IMG/VR virus record: IMGVR_UViG_3300027396_000022
Span: 14,773-78,772 of that record
Source: a virus
Direction: 5' to 3' (one strand)
Length of the DNA: 64,000 nucleotides
Shown: positions 29,098 to 38,528 of the stretch, in pieces
Layout: every line of letters begins with the position of its first letter
Position numbering within the stretch: the stretch's first letter is position 1
Notes under the pieces: generated by a model
Told to the model about the DNA's origin: nothing
Databases searched by the model: none
What the model saw: only the letters and a program-made list of their open reading frames with translations
Program-made: the position numbers and the translations under genes

Positions 29098-29649
29098 GTG
29101 CTGCTGCCTGATTCTGAGATCCGTGCCCTGTGCCAATCTCACGCTCTGATTCATCCGTTCAATCCTGATCGCCTAAATCCTGCCAGCTATGACGTGGCGC
29201 TAGGGGACAACATCATGATTGAGGTGGCCGAAACCCCCGAGCTGATCAGGCACAGCATTAAGACGCACACCAAGGAGGATCCGTACTGGCTGCAGCCTGG
29301 TGAATTCATCCTTGCCGAAACACAGGAGATTTTCAACCTGCCTGATAGCCCGGCGATTGCCGCTCAGTTTGTACTGAAATCAAGTCGTGCGCGCTCTGGT
29401 ATTCAGCATATGTTGGCCGGATTTTGTGATCCTGGCTGGCATGGCAGCAGGCTGACACTGGAATTAAAGAATGTGCGGCGAAAGCATCGTGTTGGTGTTT
29501 GGCCGGGTTTGCTAATTGGTCAGATGGTCTTTATGCCACTCAGCGATGACCCTGAAAAGTCTTACGCTGAGGTTGGGCACTACAACCGACACGAAACCGT
29601 AATGCCATCTTGGGAAACATTTAAGACTTTCCCGAGCGTTAATGCTTAG
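29098..29649 (+). CDS. dcd: dCTP deaminase
   Basis: NPASYD, LKSSRAR, AGFCDPGW.G..LTLEL, IGQMVF motifs. Confidence 0.9.
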   Translation: MLLPDSEIRALCQSHALIHPFNPDRLNPASYDVALGDNIMIEVAETPELIRHSIKTHTKEDPYWLQPGEFILAETQEIFNLPDSPAIAAQFVLKSSRARSGIQHMLAGFCDPGWHGSRLTLELKNVRRKHRVGVWPGLLIGQMVFMPLSDDPEKSYAEVGHYNRHETVMPSWETFKTFPSVNA

Positions 29650-29673
29650 CCTGTAAAAGGAGAGATGGGGATC

Positions 29674-29704
29674 ACCGCTCAGTGCCAAGGCTGGGCGGTT
29701 TTTT
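29674..29704 (+). terminator. Rho-independent terminator
   Basis: ACCGCTCAG/CTGGGCGGT stem followed by a T run. Confidence 0.7.
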
Positions 29705-29709
29705 ATTGC

Positions 29710-29880
29710 CTAATGATCTGGCCCTTGTTGACGCCTTAGAAAGCAAGGCACATCAGGATCCTGCAGCATATGCAGGCTGAACTCATCGGCATAACGATCA
29801 GCGCACCATTTCTGAGCGCCGCCTACGGTGCGGAATGGTCCGACTCGTGTTCCGTCAGGAAGCTTGACGTAATAAGTCAT
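29710..29880 (-). CDS. Small hypothetical protein (56 aa)
   Basis: Read by hand: MTYYVKLPDGTRVGPFRTVGGAQKWC... Confidence 0.5.
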   Translation of the reverse strand: MTYYVKLPDGTRVGPFRTVGGAQKWCADRYADEFSLHMLQDPDVPCFLRRQQGPDH

Positions 29881-29924
29881 TTTCGTTGTAGTAGCTACCG
29901 TTTAGAGAACCAAGCGGTCGCCTG

Positions 29925-30236
29925 GTGGTTGAACACATTGACGGTACAGAGCTTGTACGCAAGCACGAAGCAAAACGCCGTTTCCGTGATCAGATCCTGT
30001 TGCATTTCAATTATCACTGCGCTTATTGCTTTGAGCCGTTAGGGCGTTCCCCAACACTTGATCATGTAATCCCAAAAATCAAGGGCGGCACCAGTGCAAT
30101 GAATAATTTGGTTGCCTGTTGTTTTGGGTGCAATATGTCAAAAGGACATAAGGACTGGCGAGTTTGGTACAGAAATCTGCCGTTTTGGTCGGAGATTGGG
30201 GAGGCAAGAATTATGGATTGGATTAACAGGGATTAA
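29925..30236 (+). CDS. HNH endonuclease
   Basis: CAYC..TLDHVIP..GG..NLVACC..CN..K. Confidence 0.9.
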   Translation: MVEHIDGTELVRKHEAKRRFRDQILLHFNYHCAYCFEPLGRSPTLDHVIPKIKGGTSAMNNLVACCFGCNMSKGHKDWRVWYRNLPFWSEIGEARIMDWINRD

Positions 30237-30406
30237 GGGCAAGTCATCTGATGAAGATAAATTTCAGCTTGCCAGAGATCAGAGGTATAACGACAAACTC
30301 CTTTGTAACAAGTGCGGTAATACATTTCTCCACCTTCCGCAGGTTCTAGAACTTCGATGTAACTACCGTCTTCAAAATCAGTCCGGCTCAAAATTGTCGG
30401 TTCCAT
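30233..30406 (-). CDS. Hypothetical protein
   Basis: Part of the leftward early operon. Confidence 0.45.
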   Translation of the reverse strand: MEPTILSRTDFEDGSYIEVLEPAEGGEMYYRTCYKGVCRYTSDLWQAEIYLHQMTCP

Positions 30407-30758
30407 CGTTGTACAGGCTGCATTGATTAGCAAAACGACCGTTCGGGAAGCTCTTGGCCTCAGGAAAACCAAGCGAGCAGCCGTTTCCTCCATTGTGGGT
30501 CAGGGTTGGTGCCCATTGAATGCAATCCCAGCAACGAAGGCCTGTAGGTTCAGGATCTTCTAATGGTTCAAGCTTTTCACCGGCTCTGAAGGCTTGATAA
30601 ATGTTGTTGGCCCGCACAAAGGCAAGCCGTAATTCTTTGGTGTGAAGATCCACCTCTACCTGTTGCTCTGGCCGTGGGCCAAGGCGTATACGACAGCGCC
30701 AGTTCTCAAACAGCTTGTGCCGTTCAAGGATCAGTCTGTTATTGAAGAGGTGGATCAC
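30378..30758 (-). CDS. Hypothetical protein with Cys-rich C-terminus
   Basis: CWDC...C..GFPEA...C motif, shared with 31564-31911. Confidence 0.6.
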   Translation of the reverse strand: MIHLFNNRLILERHKLFENWRCRIRLGPRPEQQVEVDLHTKELRLAFVRANNIYQAFRAGEKLEPLEDPEPTGLRCWDCIQWAPTLTHNGGNGCSLGFPEAKSFPNGRFANQCSLYNDGTDNFEPD

Positions 30759-30760
30759 GA

Positions 30761-30994
30761 TCAGTCTTCCTCGCCGTAGGAAGGCATATGGAAGAGGCGT
30801 TCAAGGTTGAAATGATCCGGTGGCATTTCATCTGGCGCCTGGCCTTCACGGAACGGATCGTTTAGATCACGCACGATGTAGGTAACAGGTGTGTGGCGCA
30901 GACGGATTTGAATGGTTCCGACCCGAGGGCTTTTGGCCAGCACTCTGAAACACCAGTTTTCAAAGCGATTAAGGAAAGGAACTTTGATGGCCAT
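30761..30994 (-). CDS. Hypothetical protein
   Basis: Tightly packed leftward ORF. Confidence 0.55.
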   Translation of the reverse strand: MAIKVPFLNRFENWCFRVLAKSPRVGTIQIRLRHTPVTYIVRDLNDPFREGQAPDEMPPDHFNLERLFHMPSYGEED

Positions 30995-30996
30995 GT

Positions 30997-31263
30997 TCAG
31001 GGTTTTGGCGGAACCAAATACGTTGTTAGAAGGGTGATAGCAACATCAGCGTACCGATTAGCCAGCTCGCTGTCAGTACCACCAACAGCACGGATGAGAT
31101 CAGAACGGAAAACGTTGTAATCAAGGTCACGTAGGTTGCTGGCGACTTCACGAGAAAATTCATCCCAAAGGCCGGTGTAAAGCTGATCGTTGCGGCCTTT
31201 GCGTTGGTAAATCATGTCCATGAAATCAGCACGGCGTTGGTCAAGTTCAATGGCGGTCAGCAT
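30997..31263 (-). CDS. Hypothetical protein
   Basis: MLTAIELDQRRADFMD...LYTGLW. Confidence 0.55.
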   Translation of the reverse strand: MLTAIELDQRRADFMDMIYQRKGRNDQLYTGLWDEFSREVASNLRDLDYNVFRSDLIRAVGGTDSELANRYADVAITLLTTYLVPPKP

Positions 31264-31444
31264 AGTTTTTAGCGATTGCAAGGGCTTGGGAACGGGTATC
31301 GCAGAGCGGGCCGTACCAGACTGAATTGCCATCCCAGCACCAAGGCTGAAAGGCAGACATGACACCGTAACCAACCCAATCAGCTCCATAGCAGTGATGC
31401 CGTGGACTGTCATATCGGTTGGCTTCCGCTTTGATCGGTGCCAT
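31247..31444 (-). CDS. Hypothetical protein
   Basis: Trp-rich small ORF in the operon. Confidence 0.4.
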   Translation of the reverse strand: MAPIKAEANRYDSPRHHCYGADWVGYGVMSAFQPWCWDGNSVWYGPLCDTRSQALAIAKNYADRH

Positions 31445-31625
31445 TGGCTATTGGGCAGTTTGCCGTTTGATAGCGAATAAACGGCTGAAGCGCAGCGTAC
31501 ATACGAACACAGTCGTCAATCGTGTGATTGTTGAACCGTGGCGCCCAGTATTCAGCAAGGCATTCAATCAGTACAGCTTGGATTTCGCTGGTAGAGGTGA
31601 CAGGCTGCTGCGAAGGATGGTTCAT
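31410..31625 (-). CDS. Hypothetical protein
   Basis: Operon packing. Confidence 0.45.
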   Translation of the reverse strand: MNHPSQQPVTSTSEIQAVLIECLAEYWAPRFNNHTIDDCVRMYAALQPFIRYQTANCPIANGTDQSGSQPI

Positions 31626-31911
31626 CTATGGCCTCGGGGAAGCCGTAGGAACATTCACCGTGACGAAATTCCGCACAGTTTGTACAGAGTTTGGCGCGGG
31701 CGACGTAATCACGGCGGACTGATTCTTTGACGCGGACTGGAATACGTGGAATTTTAGGGGCAATGTCTGTCCATGATTTTCCGTTGCGTATTAAGGAAAT
31801 CGCCTGCCGAGTTACATCTAATTGATCAGCCAGCTCTTGATTGGTTTGAGTTGACTGCAGGATGTAAATGATCTTGGCAGGCGTGAGCTTTGTTTTATTG
31901 GTACGCGCCAT
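31564..31911 (-). CDS. HTH protein with Cys-rich C-terminus
   Basis: KLT..NQELADQLDVTRQAISLIRNGKSW; CTNC..C.YGFPEA. Confidence 0.7.
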   Translation of the reverse strand: MARTNKTKLTPAKIIYILQSTQTNQELADQLDVTRQAISLIRNGKSWTDIAPKIPRIPVRVKESVRRDYVARAKLCTNCAEFRHGECSYGFPEAIDEPSFAAACHLYQRNPSCTD

Positions 31912-32092
31912 TGAGTGTGGGTAGTTTTACCTCACTGTGCTTGTCGGGTGTGATCCAGCGAAGGTCGTTATAGACCGGTCCCCATGTTTCAAAGGCGAGT
32001 TGTTTGGCTTCAGGAAAGCCACAGGCCACCACCCAGTCGTAGACGTTGATGGATGGAATGGTGAAATAAAAACGACGTGGTTGTGGTTGCAT
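31895..32092 (-). CDS. Hypothetical protein
   Basis: Operon packing. Confidence 0.5.
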   Translation of the reverse strand: MQPQPRRFYFTIPSINVYDWVVACGFPEAKQLAFETWGPVYNDLRWITPDKHSEVKLPTLNGAYQ

Positions 32093-32094
32093 GA

Positions 32095-32394
32095 TCAGCG
32101 GGTTTCGATGGGTCGTTTGGAGAGGTAAAGCTGTGAGACTTGATAAGTTGCGCCTGTGGCAAAGCTTTGAACGAGGTAAGTGGGCCATGAGCAGCCTTCT
32201 ACCTTGCTGATGACTGTTGCTTCAACCTGAGGCCAGCCACGGACATAGCAAGGCATTCCGGGATAGAAACGCCACAGGTCACGCTCAACTCTGACGCCGC
32301 GTGCATTGGGCGACATTTTGTAGACCTTTTGACCGGTTGGGATGACAGGTGCCACCATGCCGGAGCACTGAGCAGTGAGAACAACGAGGCTCAT
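32095..32394 (-). CDS. Hypothetical protein
   Basis: Operon packing. Confidence 0.5.
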   Translation of the reverse strand: MSLVVLTAQCSGMVAPVIPTGQKVYKMSPNARGVRVERDLWRFYPGMPCYVRGWPQVEATVISKVEGCSWPTYLVQSFATGATYQVSQLYLSKRPIETR

Positions 32395-32528
32395 TTTGTG
32401 GTGGTGTAGACGGCGTGTTGAGTACCGCTGTGGTGAGCGGTTTTAAGAGTTAGGCCATCGTGAATGATGGCGCCGAAGATAAGGCCAGGGATCAGGATTT
32501 GCAGGATCCCGCAGAGGCAATTTTTCAT
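32391..32528 (-). CDS. Small membrane protein
   Basis: ILQILIPGLIFGAII; first gene after the 32597 promoter. Confidence 0.45.
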   Translation of the reverse strand: MKNCLCGILQILIPGLIFGAIIHDGLTLKTAHHSGTQHAVYTTTK

Positions 32529-32596
32529 GGTGTGGTGTGGGTTGTCGGTTGGCCGGATCGCTCCGGTTGGGTGAATGGTAGCGACTATTCGGGCGG

Positions 32597-32625
32597 AGTA
32601 AACCCCTAAATTCATGGTGTTGCAA
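32597..32625 (-). promoter_or_regulatory. Sigma70-like leftward promoter
   Basis: TTGCAA-17-TTTACT with TTTAGGGG in the spacer. Confidence 0.65.
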
Positions 32626-32675
32626 TTCGTTACCTTGCCCCGTGTCTACCGTGAATGTGATATGCACTTCAAACC

Positions 32676-32903
32676 ATGGACAACGAAGCCTGGCGGTGGA
32701 TGCAACTCAAGCCAGATGCCACTAGCGCCTTTCAAGTCGAAAAAGAAGCCCGGCGCCTAGAGAACACCCCAAACGCCGGGCCTATTGCTGCTCAGTTGTA
32801 TCGCGCTTGGTCTATGCAGCAGACCTTGCTACAGCAGGCCACCAACCGTATTGCAGCTTTAGAGCTGCAGTTGATGAAGACAGGCAATCAGGCAGACACC
32901 TGA
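32676..32903 (+). CDS. Hypothetical protein
   Basis: Isolated rightward ORF with a coiled-coil end. Confidence 0.55.
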   Translation: MDNEAWRWMQLKPDATSAFQVEKEARRLENTPNAGPIAAQLYRAWSMQQTLLQQATNRIAALELQLMKTGNQADT

Positions 32904-33235
32904 ACATCCTTCCACGTCTTGCCGTATTTGATCAGGTTGACTGTGGTGACATGTACGCCGTAATCGTTGGCGATCTTTTGCGCTGATTCATTGCCAGCAG
33001 CAAGACGGCGTTTGATTTCAGCCACCTTGTCAGGATTTAGGGCTCCGCGCTTGCGCTTGGCCTTACGACGCTTGCTAGTCAGGGCGGTTGGCTGATCGTG
33101 CTCGGTTACAGCTTTGGGCTGTGCGGCGCCGCCAGCTTTGATGACCTGCGCTGATTCGATCAACCGTTGGATCTGGCCAATGCGGTTGTTCAGTTCGACG
33201 ACTTGAGAATCGGTAAGGATGATCATGGAATCCAT
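32888..33235 (-). CDS. HTH DNA-binding protein
   Basis: VAEIKRRL..AQKIANDYGVHVTTVNLIKYGKTW. Confidence 0.7.
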   Translation of the reverse strand: MDSMIILTDSQVVELNNRIGQIQRLIESAQVIKAGGAAQPKAVTEHDQPTALTSKRRKAKRKRGALNPDKVAEIKRRLAAGNESAQKIANDYGVHVTTVNLIKYGKTWKDVQVSA

Positions 33236-33516
33236 CAGAAGAGATCGGTTTGGGCTTTGGGACGATATTCGCTGATTGCCATTTTTAGGTATTCACGACC
33301 GGATTGTTCGGCTGTGCGAGGCATCAGGCTGGCGCGAATTTTTACACACGATTCGCCGCGTTGGTTTTGCACTGGATTTTGCTTGAGTGCCCAGTTGTAA
33401 AGCTTCTCAAGTTGATCCACTGGGATTTCAGCGATTGACCAGTAATTACCTGGCTTATCTTCGCTGGGCATACAGTTGAACCACAGTGTGAATTCGTTTT
33501 GCGGGTAATCAGCCAT
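33235..33516 (-). CDS. Hypothetical protein, possibly ssDNA-binding
   Basis: Near the annealase gene; C-terminal acidic/aromatic tip (TDLF). Confidence 0.45.
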   Translation of the reverse strand: MADYPQNEFTLWFNCMPSEDKPGNYWSIAEIPVDQLEKLYNWALKQNPVQNQRGESCVKIRASLMPRTAEQSGREYLKMAISEYRPKAQTDLF

Positions 33517-33691
33517 TGTTTGTAAGGAAGCTTGAGATGATGTGACGCAAGGCTTGATTGATGTTCTGACCTGATTTGGCGCAGTACACCTTCAGTTGCC
33601 GGTAGGTATCAGGCGGAAGTTTGGCCGCAACGATGGTGCGGTTTTTTCTCCGATTGATTTCCTCTTGTGTTTTGGGCCGTCGCCCTGTCAT
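33509..33691 (-). CDS. Ribbon-helix-helix-like regulator
   Basis: IVAAKLPPDTYRQLKVYC...INQALRHII. Confidence 0.6.
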   Translation of the reverse strand: MTGRRPKTQEEINRRKNRTIVAAKLPPDTYRQLKVYCAKSGQNINQALRHIISSFLTNNG

Positions 33692-34404
33692 GCGGGATTG
33701 TCAGCGATGTACTTGGCAATGAACTCCTTATGTTCAGGGAACTGGATGCGGTCAGCGATACGCGGCGCCATGATCTTGAACTGCTTTTTGAAGGCAGTAA
33801 TCAGATCATCACGTTTTTCGTAACCCTTGACCCAACCCTTGATTTCCTCAACCTCTTCATCGGTCAGAAAAACGACCTTTGATTCAGCCTTGGATTCGGT
33901 CTTGGTCTTTGCCTTGGGTTGAGTGTCCTGCACTTGGGACGGTTGCGCCTTGGGCGTGTCCTGCTGCAGGGCTGGCTTGGTCGGTTCTTCGCGGTGCGGG
34001 TTTTCTATGGCTTCCCGTGCCCAGAGTTGCCATGCAAGGCCGAATTGCGCGGCTGCAGCAGTACAGAGGCAACGCCGATGAGCATCAGTGAGATCACGGG
34101 CAGTGACCTTTTCAAACGCGATGGCGTTGTTGCGGTTATCCATGATCGCCTGCGGGAATGGCGGCGTATCGGATCCGTTGACGTGTTCAAAACACCCGAC
34201 CACATAAGCGGTTCCGTCGGGAGACTTCCAGACATGGCCGGTTTCTGGGTGAGCCTTGAGCGCAAACTGCCAGCCAGGCGCATGATCATGGAGTAGGTGG
34301 GCAACACGGCACCAGTTGACGTAATCAGCGGCGTAGGAGCCGGTTCCTTTGGTTGATACGTCTTGCTGCGTAATGATGCCCCCAAGATTGGGGTAATCGG
34401 TCAT
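33688..34404 (-). CDS. Sak3-like (DUF1071) ssDNA-annealing protein
   Basis: YVNW, MDNRNNAI, RRCL..A.A.FGLA.QLW motifs. Confidence 0.7.
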   Translation of the reverse strand: MTDYPNLGGIITQQDVSTKGTGSYAADYVNWCRVAHLLHDHAPGWQFALKAHPETGHVWKSPDGTAYVVGCFEHVNGSDTPPFPQAIMDNRNNAIAFEKVTARDLTDAHRRCLCTAAAAQFGLAWQLWAREAIENPHREEPTKPALQQDTPKAQPSQVQDTQPKAKTKTESKAESKVVFLTDEEVEEIKGWVKGYEKRDDLITAFKKQFKIMAPRIADRIQFPEHKEFIAKYIADNPA

Positions 34405-34460
34405 AGGGATTGCGCGGGTTGTGTGGTGATCGGTTGAGGACGGGCTTCGGACCCATCAAG

Positions 34461-34489
34461 AGTATACCCTTAAATGCAAGGGCTGTCTA
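34461..34489 (-). promoter_or_regulatory. Sigma70-like leftward promoter
   Basis: TAGACA-17-TATACT with TTTAAGGG in the spacer. Confidence 0.7.
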
Positions 34490-35230
34490 GATCCTTTCAA
34501 ATCTGTATCCGGCAGTCTTATGTCCTTTGTCAACCGCCCGCGCAATGCACTGCCTTACAACAAATACATCACGAGCAGCGGCTCCCATGCTTGGGTAGAT
34601 CTTGCCAGTTTCAATACAGCGCACACGTTTTTGTTTCCATTGCCGATCCGGTCGTTTCGGGTACTTCCGCAAGATTTCCTTTGCCCATCGTGAATCTTCT
34701 AGCAACATCTGAAGGCCAACCTCATTAGCCCCGCCAAGACGTGAAGGATGATGGCGTGCAAAATCCTTGAACATCTTGGTCGTTACATAATTAAACGTTT
34801 TCCTTTTGCTGTCGCGTCGGTATGTTTCAAGTGGATAATCCTTAAGACGCTTCCAACCCGCAATGGTGTCTCTGGATAGCCCAAGCATCTGGCCAAGTTT
34901 CATAAATGTATAAAACTCAACTGTTGGCCGGTTGGAATAGCCAAGCGTTCTAAGTTTTTTATCTATTGCGTGTTTGCTGCGATCAGGTAGCCCATTAACA
35001 CGTGCCCATAAATTAAACGAACGAACAAGCCGTGACAGCGGCATCGTATTGACGTGATCAATTAGCCAATCTGTTTCTTCCTGCGTCCATAGCCGGACCC
35101 GTGTTCGTGGCTTATTGGCGCAGCTACTACTGCAGGTTTTTCGCGTTGACGGCCTGCCATTACGCAGGATTTTGATGTCAAATGCAGTGCCGCAAATCTT
35201 GCAAATGCGGACGTATTTTGATGCGTTCAC
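34487..35230 (-). CDS. Zn-finger/HTH/NUMOD1 DNA-binding protein
   Basis: CKIC...CSSSC; C-terminal KRVRCIETGKIYPSMGAAAR (NUMOD1-like). Confidence 0.65.
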   Translation of the reverse strand: MNASKYVRICKICGTAFDIKILRNGRPSTRKTCSSSCANKPRTRVRLWTQEETDWLIDHVNTMPLSRLVRSFNLWARVNGLPDRSKHAIDKKLRTLGYSNRPTVEFYTFMKLGQMLGLSRDTIAGWKRLKDYPLETYRRDSKRKTFNYVTTKMFKDFARHHPSRLGGANEVGLQMLLEDSRWAKEILRKYPKRPDRQWKQKRVRCIETGKIYPSMGAAARDVFVVRQCIARAVDKGHKTAGYRFERI

Positions 35231-35655
35231 AGTTTGTTAAGAGTGATCAGGGCTCCTGGTAATTCGCCTTCGTTGGCGTACTGTTTTGTGGCTATCAACG
35301 TCACGACCTGTGAATCGTCTTTGATCAACACATTTGTAATCCCGTCCAAAGTTGAGCGGCAAAGCTTATCAAGATCAGGTTTAGTGAACTTGTAAAACGG
35401 CGCCTTAGGCTTGATTTCGCCTTTGCTGTTGTAATGCGCTTTTGGGCGGCTGAACAGAAAGGTAATCAATACGCTGACAGGTTCATCAATCAATGCCTCG
35501 CCGGTTTCAAGCGCTGCCTGGCTGACGGCAAAACGCCATGGCTTGACCTTCTTTGATGCTTCTACCATGCGGCCATTGCCAACATGTCGCTTGCTGCCCT
35601 GAGGCGCTGGCTCAATGCCCTGAACGGCAAACTTCATTTCGTATGCGTCAGACAA
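35227..35655 (-). CDS. rusA: RusA-family Holliday junction resolvase
   Basis: PAPQGSKR, KPDLDKLCRSTLDGI, DDSQV motifs. Confidence 0.9.
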   Translation of the reverse strand: MSDAYEMKFAVQGIEPAPQGSKRHVGNGRMVEASKKVKPWRFAVSQAALETGEALIDEPVSVLITFLFSRPKAHYNSKGEIKPKAPFYKFTKPDLDKLCRSTLDGITNVLIKDDSQVVTLIATKQYANEGELPGALITLNKL

Positions 35656-35763
35656 CGATTCAGGTGTTCAACTGGCGTGCTCAGTGTGATGCCTTGAACG
35701 TCAGGGCGCATGGATAGCAACCAAAACAGAAACCGCGTCTGCCAAGTCAGGTTGTAAGGGTTG

Positions 35764-35970
35764 TCAATCATTCGATTGCATCAAACAATTTTCAAGATGT
35801 TTTTTTTGTGGAATGGACTGGTAGTACAGACTTTTGCGTTCGTCTTTCGGGTCAACGGTCAGCAGGTACTGCACCAGCTCTGCCACGGCGTTTGTGTATT
35901 GCTCTGGATCCCATAGGTCGTACTTGGCCAAGATGGCTTCAATGCGGTCGTCTACGGGAGAGCCAGCCAT
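35764..35970 (-). CDS. Hypothetical protein
   Basis: Operon packing. Confidence 0.5.
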   Translation of the reverse strand: MAGSPVDDRIEAILAKYDLWDPEQYTNAVAELVQYLLTVDPKDERKSLYYQSIPQKKHLENCLMQSND

Positions 35971-36278
35971 CAGAACTCTGCCTTTGGCAGCGTCACTCTC
36001 CAATATTCTGTTTCGCGCTTGGTGGCGACGCCTTCAAACTGCTCTAGCTGCTGCAGTTCCTTGACGGCATTGCTGTATTGCCAACTCGTGCGCGTGCAGC
36101 GGGATACCTTGATGCCGTGAAGGGCAAGGTTGCCTTCGTCATCTTTGATGTCGTCTAGGTCGCCTGCGGTGTACATCAGGGCAAGGTCATCCATGAGGCG
36201 ATCAAGGATTTCCTGATGACGGGCGATTTCTTTTTTGGTGCTGGCGATGACGCCGAGCAGGGTGTTGGGGTTGGTCAT
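35970..36278 (-). CDS. Hypothetical protein
   Basis: Coiled coil followed by WQYS..VKEL...YWRV. Confidence 0.6.
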   Translation of the reverse strand: MTNPNTLLGVIASTKKEIARHQEILDRLMDDLALMYTAGDLDDIKDDEGNLALHGIKVSRCTRTSWQYSNAVKELQQLEQFEGVATKRETEYWRVTLPKAEF

Positions 36279-36512
36279 GGTGAAGAAAAGGCCCCATACG
36301 GGGCCACGAGATCAGAACAGGAGGCCGAGGCAGAAGCTCACGGCTGCAATCCAAAGAGCAACAGTGATCTGTTCTTTTGATTCGTTCACCTGTTGTTCAA
36401 GGGTTGAAGTGGTGTCGGCTTGCTGCTGTAGCAGGTCGATTAACTGCGCCTTGGTGGTACGGGTCAGGTTGGTCATGGCGTTTCGTGTCGTGGTGGCATC
36501 GCTGCCATAGGG

Positions 36513-36541
36513 AGTATACCCCTAAACAGAGGCCGTGGCAA
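36513..36541 (-). promoter_or_regulatory. Sigma70-like leftward promoter
   Basis: TTGCCA-17-TATACT with TTTAGGGG in the spacer. Confidence 0.7.
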
Positions 36542-36547
36542 CCCGCC

Positions 36548-37282
36548 TCAAAACTCCGGTTGGTTCAGCATCAGGAACGCATCACGGGCGCCCTGCCACT
36601 CGATCACCGCCTCGTCAACGTCCACCTTTTGCAACGTCGTACTGCCAGGTCGGCTCCACAGCACCCCAGCCTTCTGCACATACAGCTTCGGCCAGTGCAG
36701 GCTCAGCATTCCCAAGTACCCGCCCAACTGTGGGCTCACGTCATACGGGCTGGCATCGGCCTTGCCCTGCGTTTTCAAATCCACCAGCACAAGCTGTTCG
36801 TAATCATCCTTACGCCGCAGCAGGCAATCGAAGCTGCCCGCAATGTTGCGTTCTAAATCCGCCAACCGATATTCACAGGCCACTGCCTCATACGTATTCC
36901 AAACGGAATGTTCAAGCAGCGGCTCAACCCATTCGCTGTAGTCAGCCGGATACACCCCTGGCTCACCAGTCGTCAGAAAGTTTTCCAACGCCAAATGAAC
37001 TGCCTTCCCACGCGGTTCCCAAATGTGTTTGGTCTCCATAATCCGTTTCATCGCCCACGCATCCTTCGTGCCCTTGCACACCTGCGTTACTGAATGATTC
37101 AGCCACTGACCCGTGGGCTGCCATTGGTAGCGGTGCGCTTCCTCGTTGAACAGGATCGGCAGCGGCGGTAACCACCGGGAAGTCTCTTGGATCTGTGATT
37201 TGGACTCGTTCGGCTGGTGTGGGCTCATCTCTGAGGGGATTACGGAAGACGGGCGGTGTAAAACCGGGAATGCGTTTGGCAT
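36548..37282 (-). CDS. PD-(D/E)XK exonuclease (start uncertain)
   Basis: HRY, SVT, RGKAVH, AGSFD, VDLKT and QLGGY motifs. Confidence 0.85.
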   Translation of the reverse strand: MPNAFPVLHRPSSVIPSEMSPHQPNESKSQIQETSRWLPPLPILFNEEAHRYQWQPTGQWLNHSVTQVCKGTKDAWAMKRIMETKHIWEPRGKAVHLALENFLTTGEPGVYPADYSEWVEPLLEHSVWNTYEAVACEYRLADLERNIAGSFDCLLRRKDDYEQLVLVDLKTQGKADASPYDVSPQLGGYLGMLSLHWPKLYVQKAGVLWSRPGSTTLQKVDVDEAVIEWQGARDAFLMLNQPEF

Positions 37283-37403
37283 CCTCCATTGTGATGACCC
37301 AGCCGCGTGATGGCACGTCTAGGTCTTGCAAGGTCCAATGTCCGGCTTCAATGCCACGTCTAAGCAGACGGCAAACCTCGGCGGCATCAAATGCTGGTTT
37401 CAT
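36963..37403 (-). CDS. Hypothetical protein overlapping the exonuclease 5' end
   Basis: MKPAFDAAEVCRLLRRGIEAGHWTL; coupled to the KilA-N stop codon. Confidence 0.4.
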   Translation of the reverse strand: MKPAFDAAEVCRLLRRGIEAGHWTLQDLDVPSRGWVITMEDAKRIPGFTPPVFRNPLRDEPTPAERVQITDPRDFPVVTAAADPVQRGSAPLPMAAHGSVAESFSNAGVQGHEGCVGDETDYGDQTHLGTAWEGSSFGVGKLSDDW

Positions 37404-38332
37404 GCCTCGCTTGGTTTGAATTGTTGACACTCAGCAAGCAACTTTGCAGCCATATCAGGCCGCAACAGACCCATCTCCCTAGCTGAATAAACGATCAAAT
37501 CCCAGTCATAGGCGACATAACAAGCAATCGGAACATTCTTTCCGGTTTTGGTCGGAAACAGCAACGGAAATCCACGGCTATGGCGTTTTTCGCTCAAATA
37601 TCCGTTGCTGTATTCAGGATCTTTGTCGTAACGGAGTCTGTAAGCCGCCTTGGTTCGTTTGCCTAATTCTGCTTCACGATTGGTGACTAACTTTGTAAGA
37701 TTTGAATCGTTAAGTTGCAGGAAAAACTCGGTTACGCCAATGGGTATTTCAGGGTCAACAACGACACCCATAAAACGCGGCAGTTTGTCTAATGGCGAGA
37801 GAACCGATGACGTACCGGGCAGCATTCCGGTTGCCGATTGAACCGCAACAGATTTAAGAAGCAAAAGATCGCGCTTAAGCTCAATCTCCATGCGGGCATC
37901 AATAAGTCCCGGCGTATGTGTTGCGATCATTTGATGTATGTCGCAAACAATCTTTGCGGCGGTTCCAATAGTTTCTATTGGACTTAAAGCCAGTGGTTGA
38001 TTGTCTTGCGCCAGTGATTTGCGTTCAAGTTCTTCCAAAAACCATTTATCCATCCACACGGCAAATGGTGCATTTATCCAACGCGCCAAATCAACAGCTA
38101 CTTGAGGATGAATCCATGTCTCGTTGCCATGGCGTACCTGCACAAGTTGAGAGATGGGAATCTGCGTCTCTTCAAAAAGCGCTTCCGCGTATTCGCCAGC
38201 GCGATCAGTCCGCCAGTAATCGGCCCATCGTTTGTCGTTGGCTTTGCACATCGCAGTTGCGTTGACAAAACCGTCTGTAGTGCGACGGGCAATGGGCGTG
38301 CCATTCCAGGCACGAGTGACCAAATCGGGCAT
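37400..38332 (-). CDS. KilA-N domain protein
   Basis: DGFVNATAMCKA..W..TWIHPQVAVDLARWI.A.FAVW. Confidence 0.9.
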   Translation of the reverse strand: MPDLVTRAWNGTPIARRTTDGFVNATAMCKANDKRWADYWRTDRAGEYAEALFEETQIPISQLVQVRHGNETWIHPQVAVDLARWINAPFAVWMDKWFLEELERKSLAQDNQPLALSPIETIGTAAKIVCDIHQMIATHTPGLIDARMEIELKRDLLLLKSVAVQSATGMLPGTSSVLSPLDKLPRFMGVVVDPEIPIGVTEFFLQLNDSNLTKLVTNREAELGKRTKAAYRLRYDKDPEYSNGYLSEKRHSRGFPLLFPTKTGKNVPIACYVAYDWDLIVYSAREMGLLRPDMAAKLLAECQQFKPSEA

Positions 38333-38528
38333 TTTTTTTGGGTGTAGACCCGATTCCTTGCTAGGGGGACCGGGATTTGGGGTGACGATAGAAGGTTTTG
38401 GGCGCTTTCGCAAGCCTTTGAATCCGAAGCCGGAGATAATTGCACTCAGTTGTGACTAGGTGCGTCAGCTTGCGCCAACGGGTGACAGCGAGTTAAGATT
38501 GTGTCGCTAGGGGGACCGCAAGGTCTTT

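Noticed and set aside
36548-37282. Cas4 or a CRISPR-related system
   Set aside because: PD-(D/E)XK nuclease without the Fe-S cysteine set, located in a recombination operon with RusA and a Sak3-like gene.
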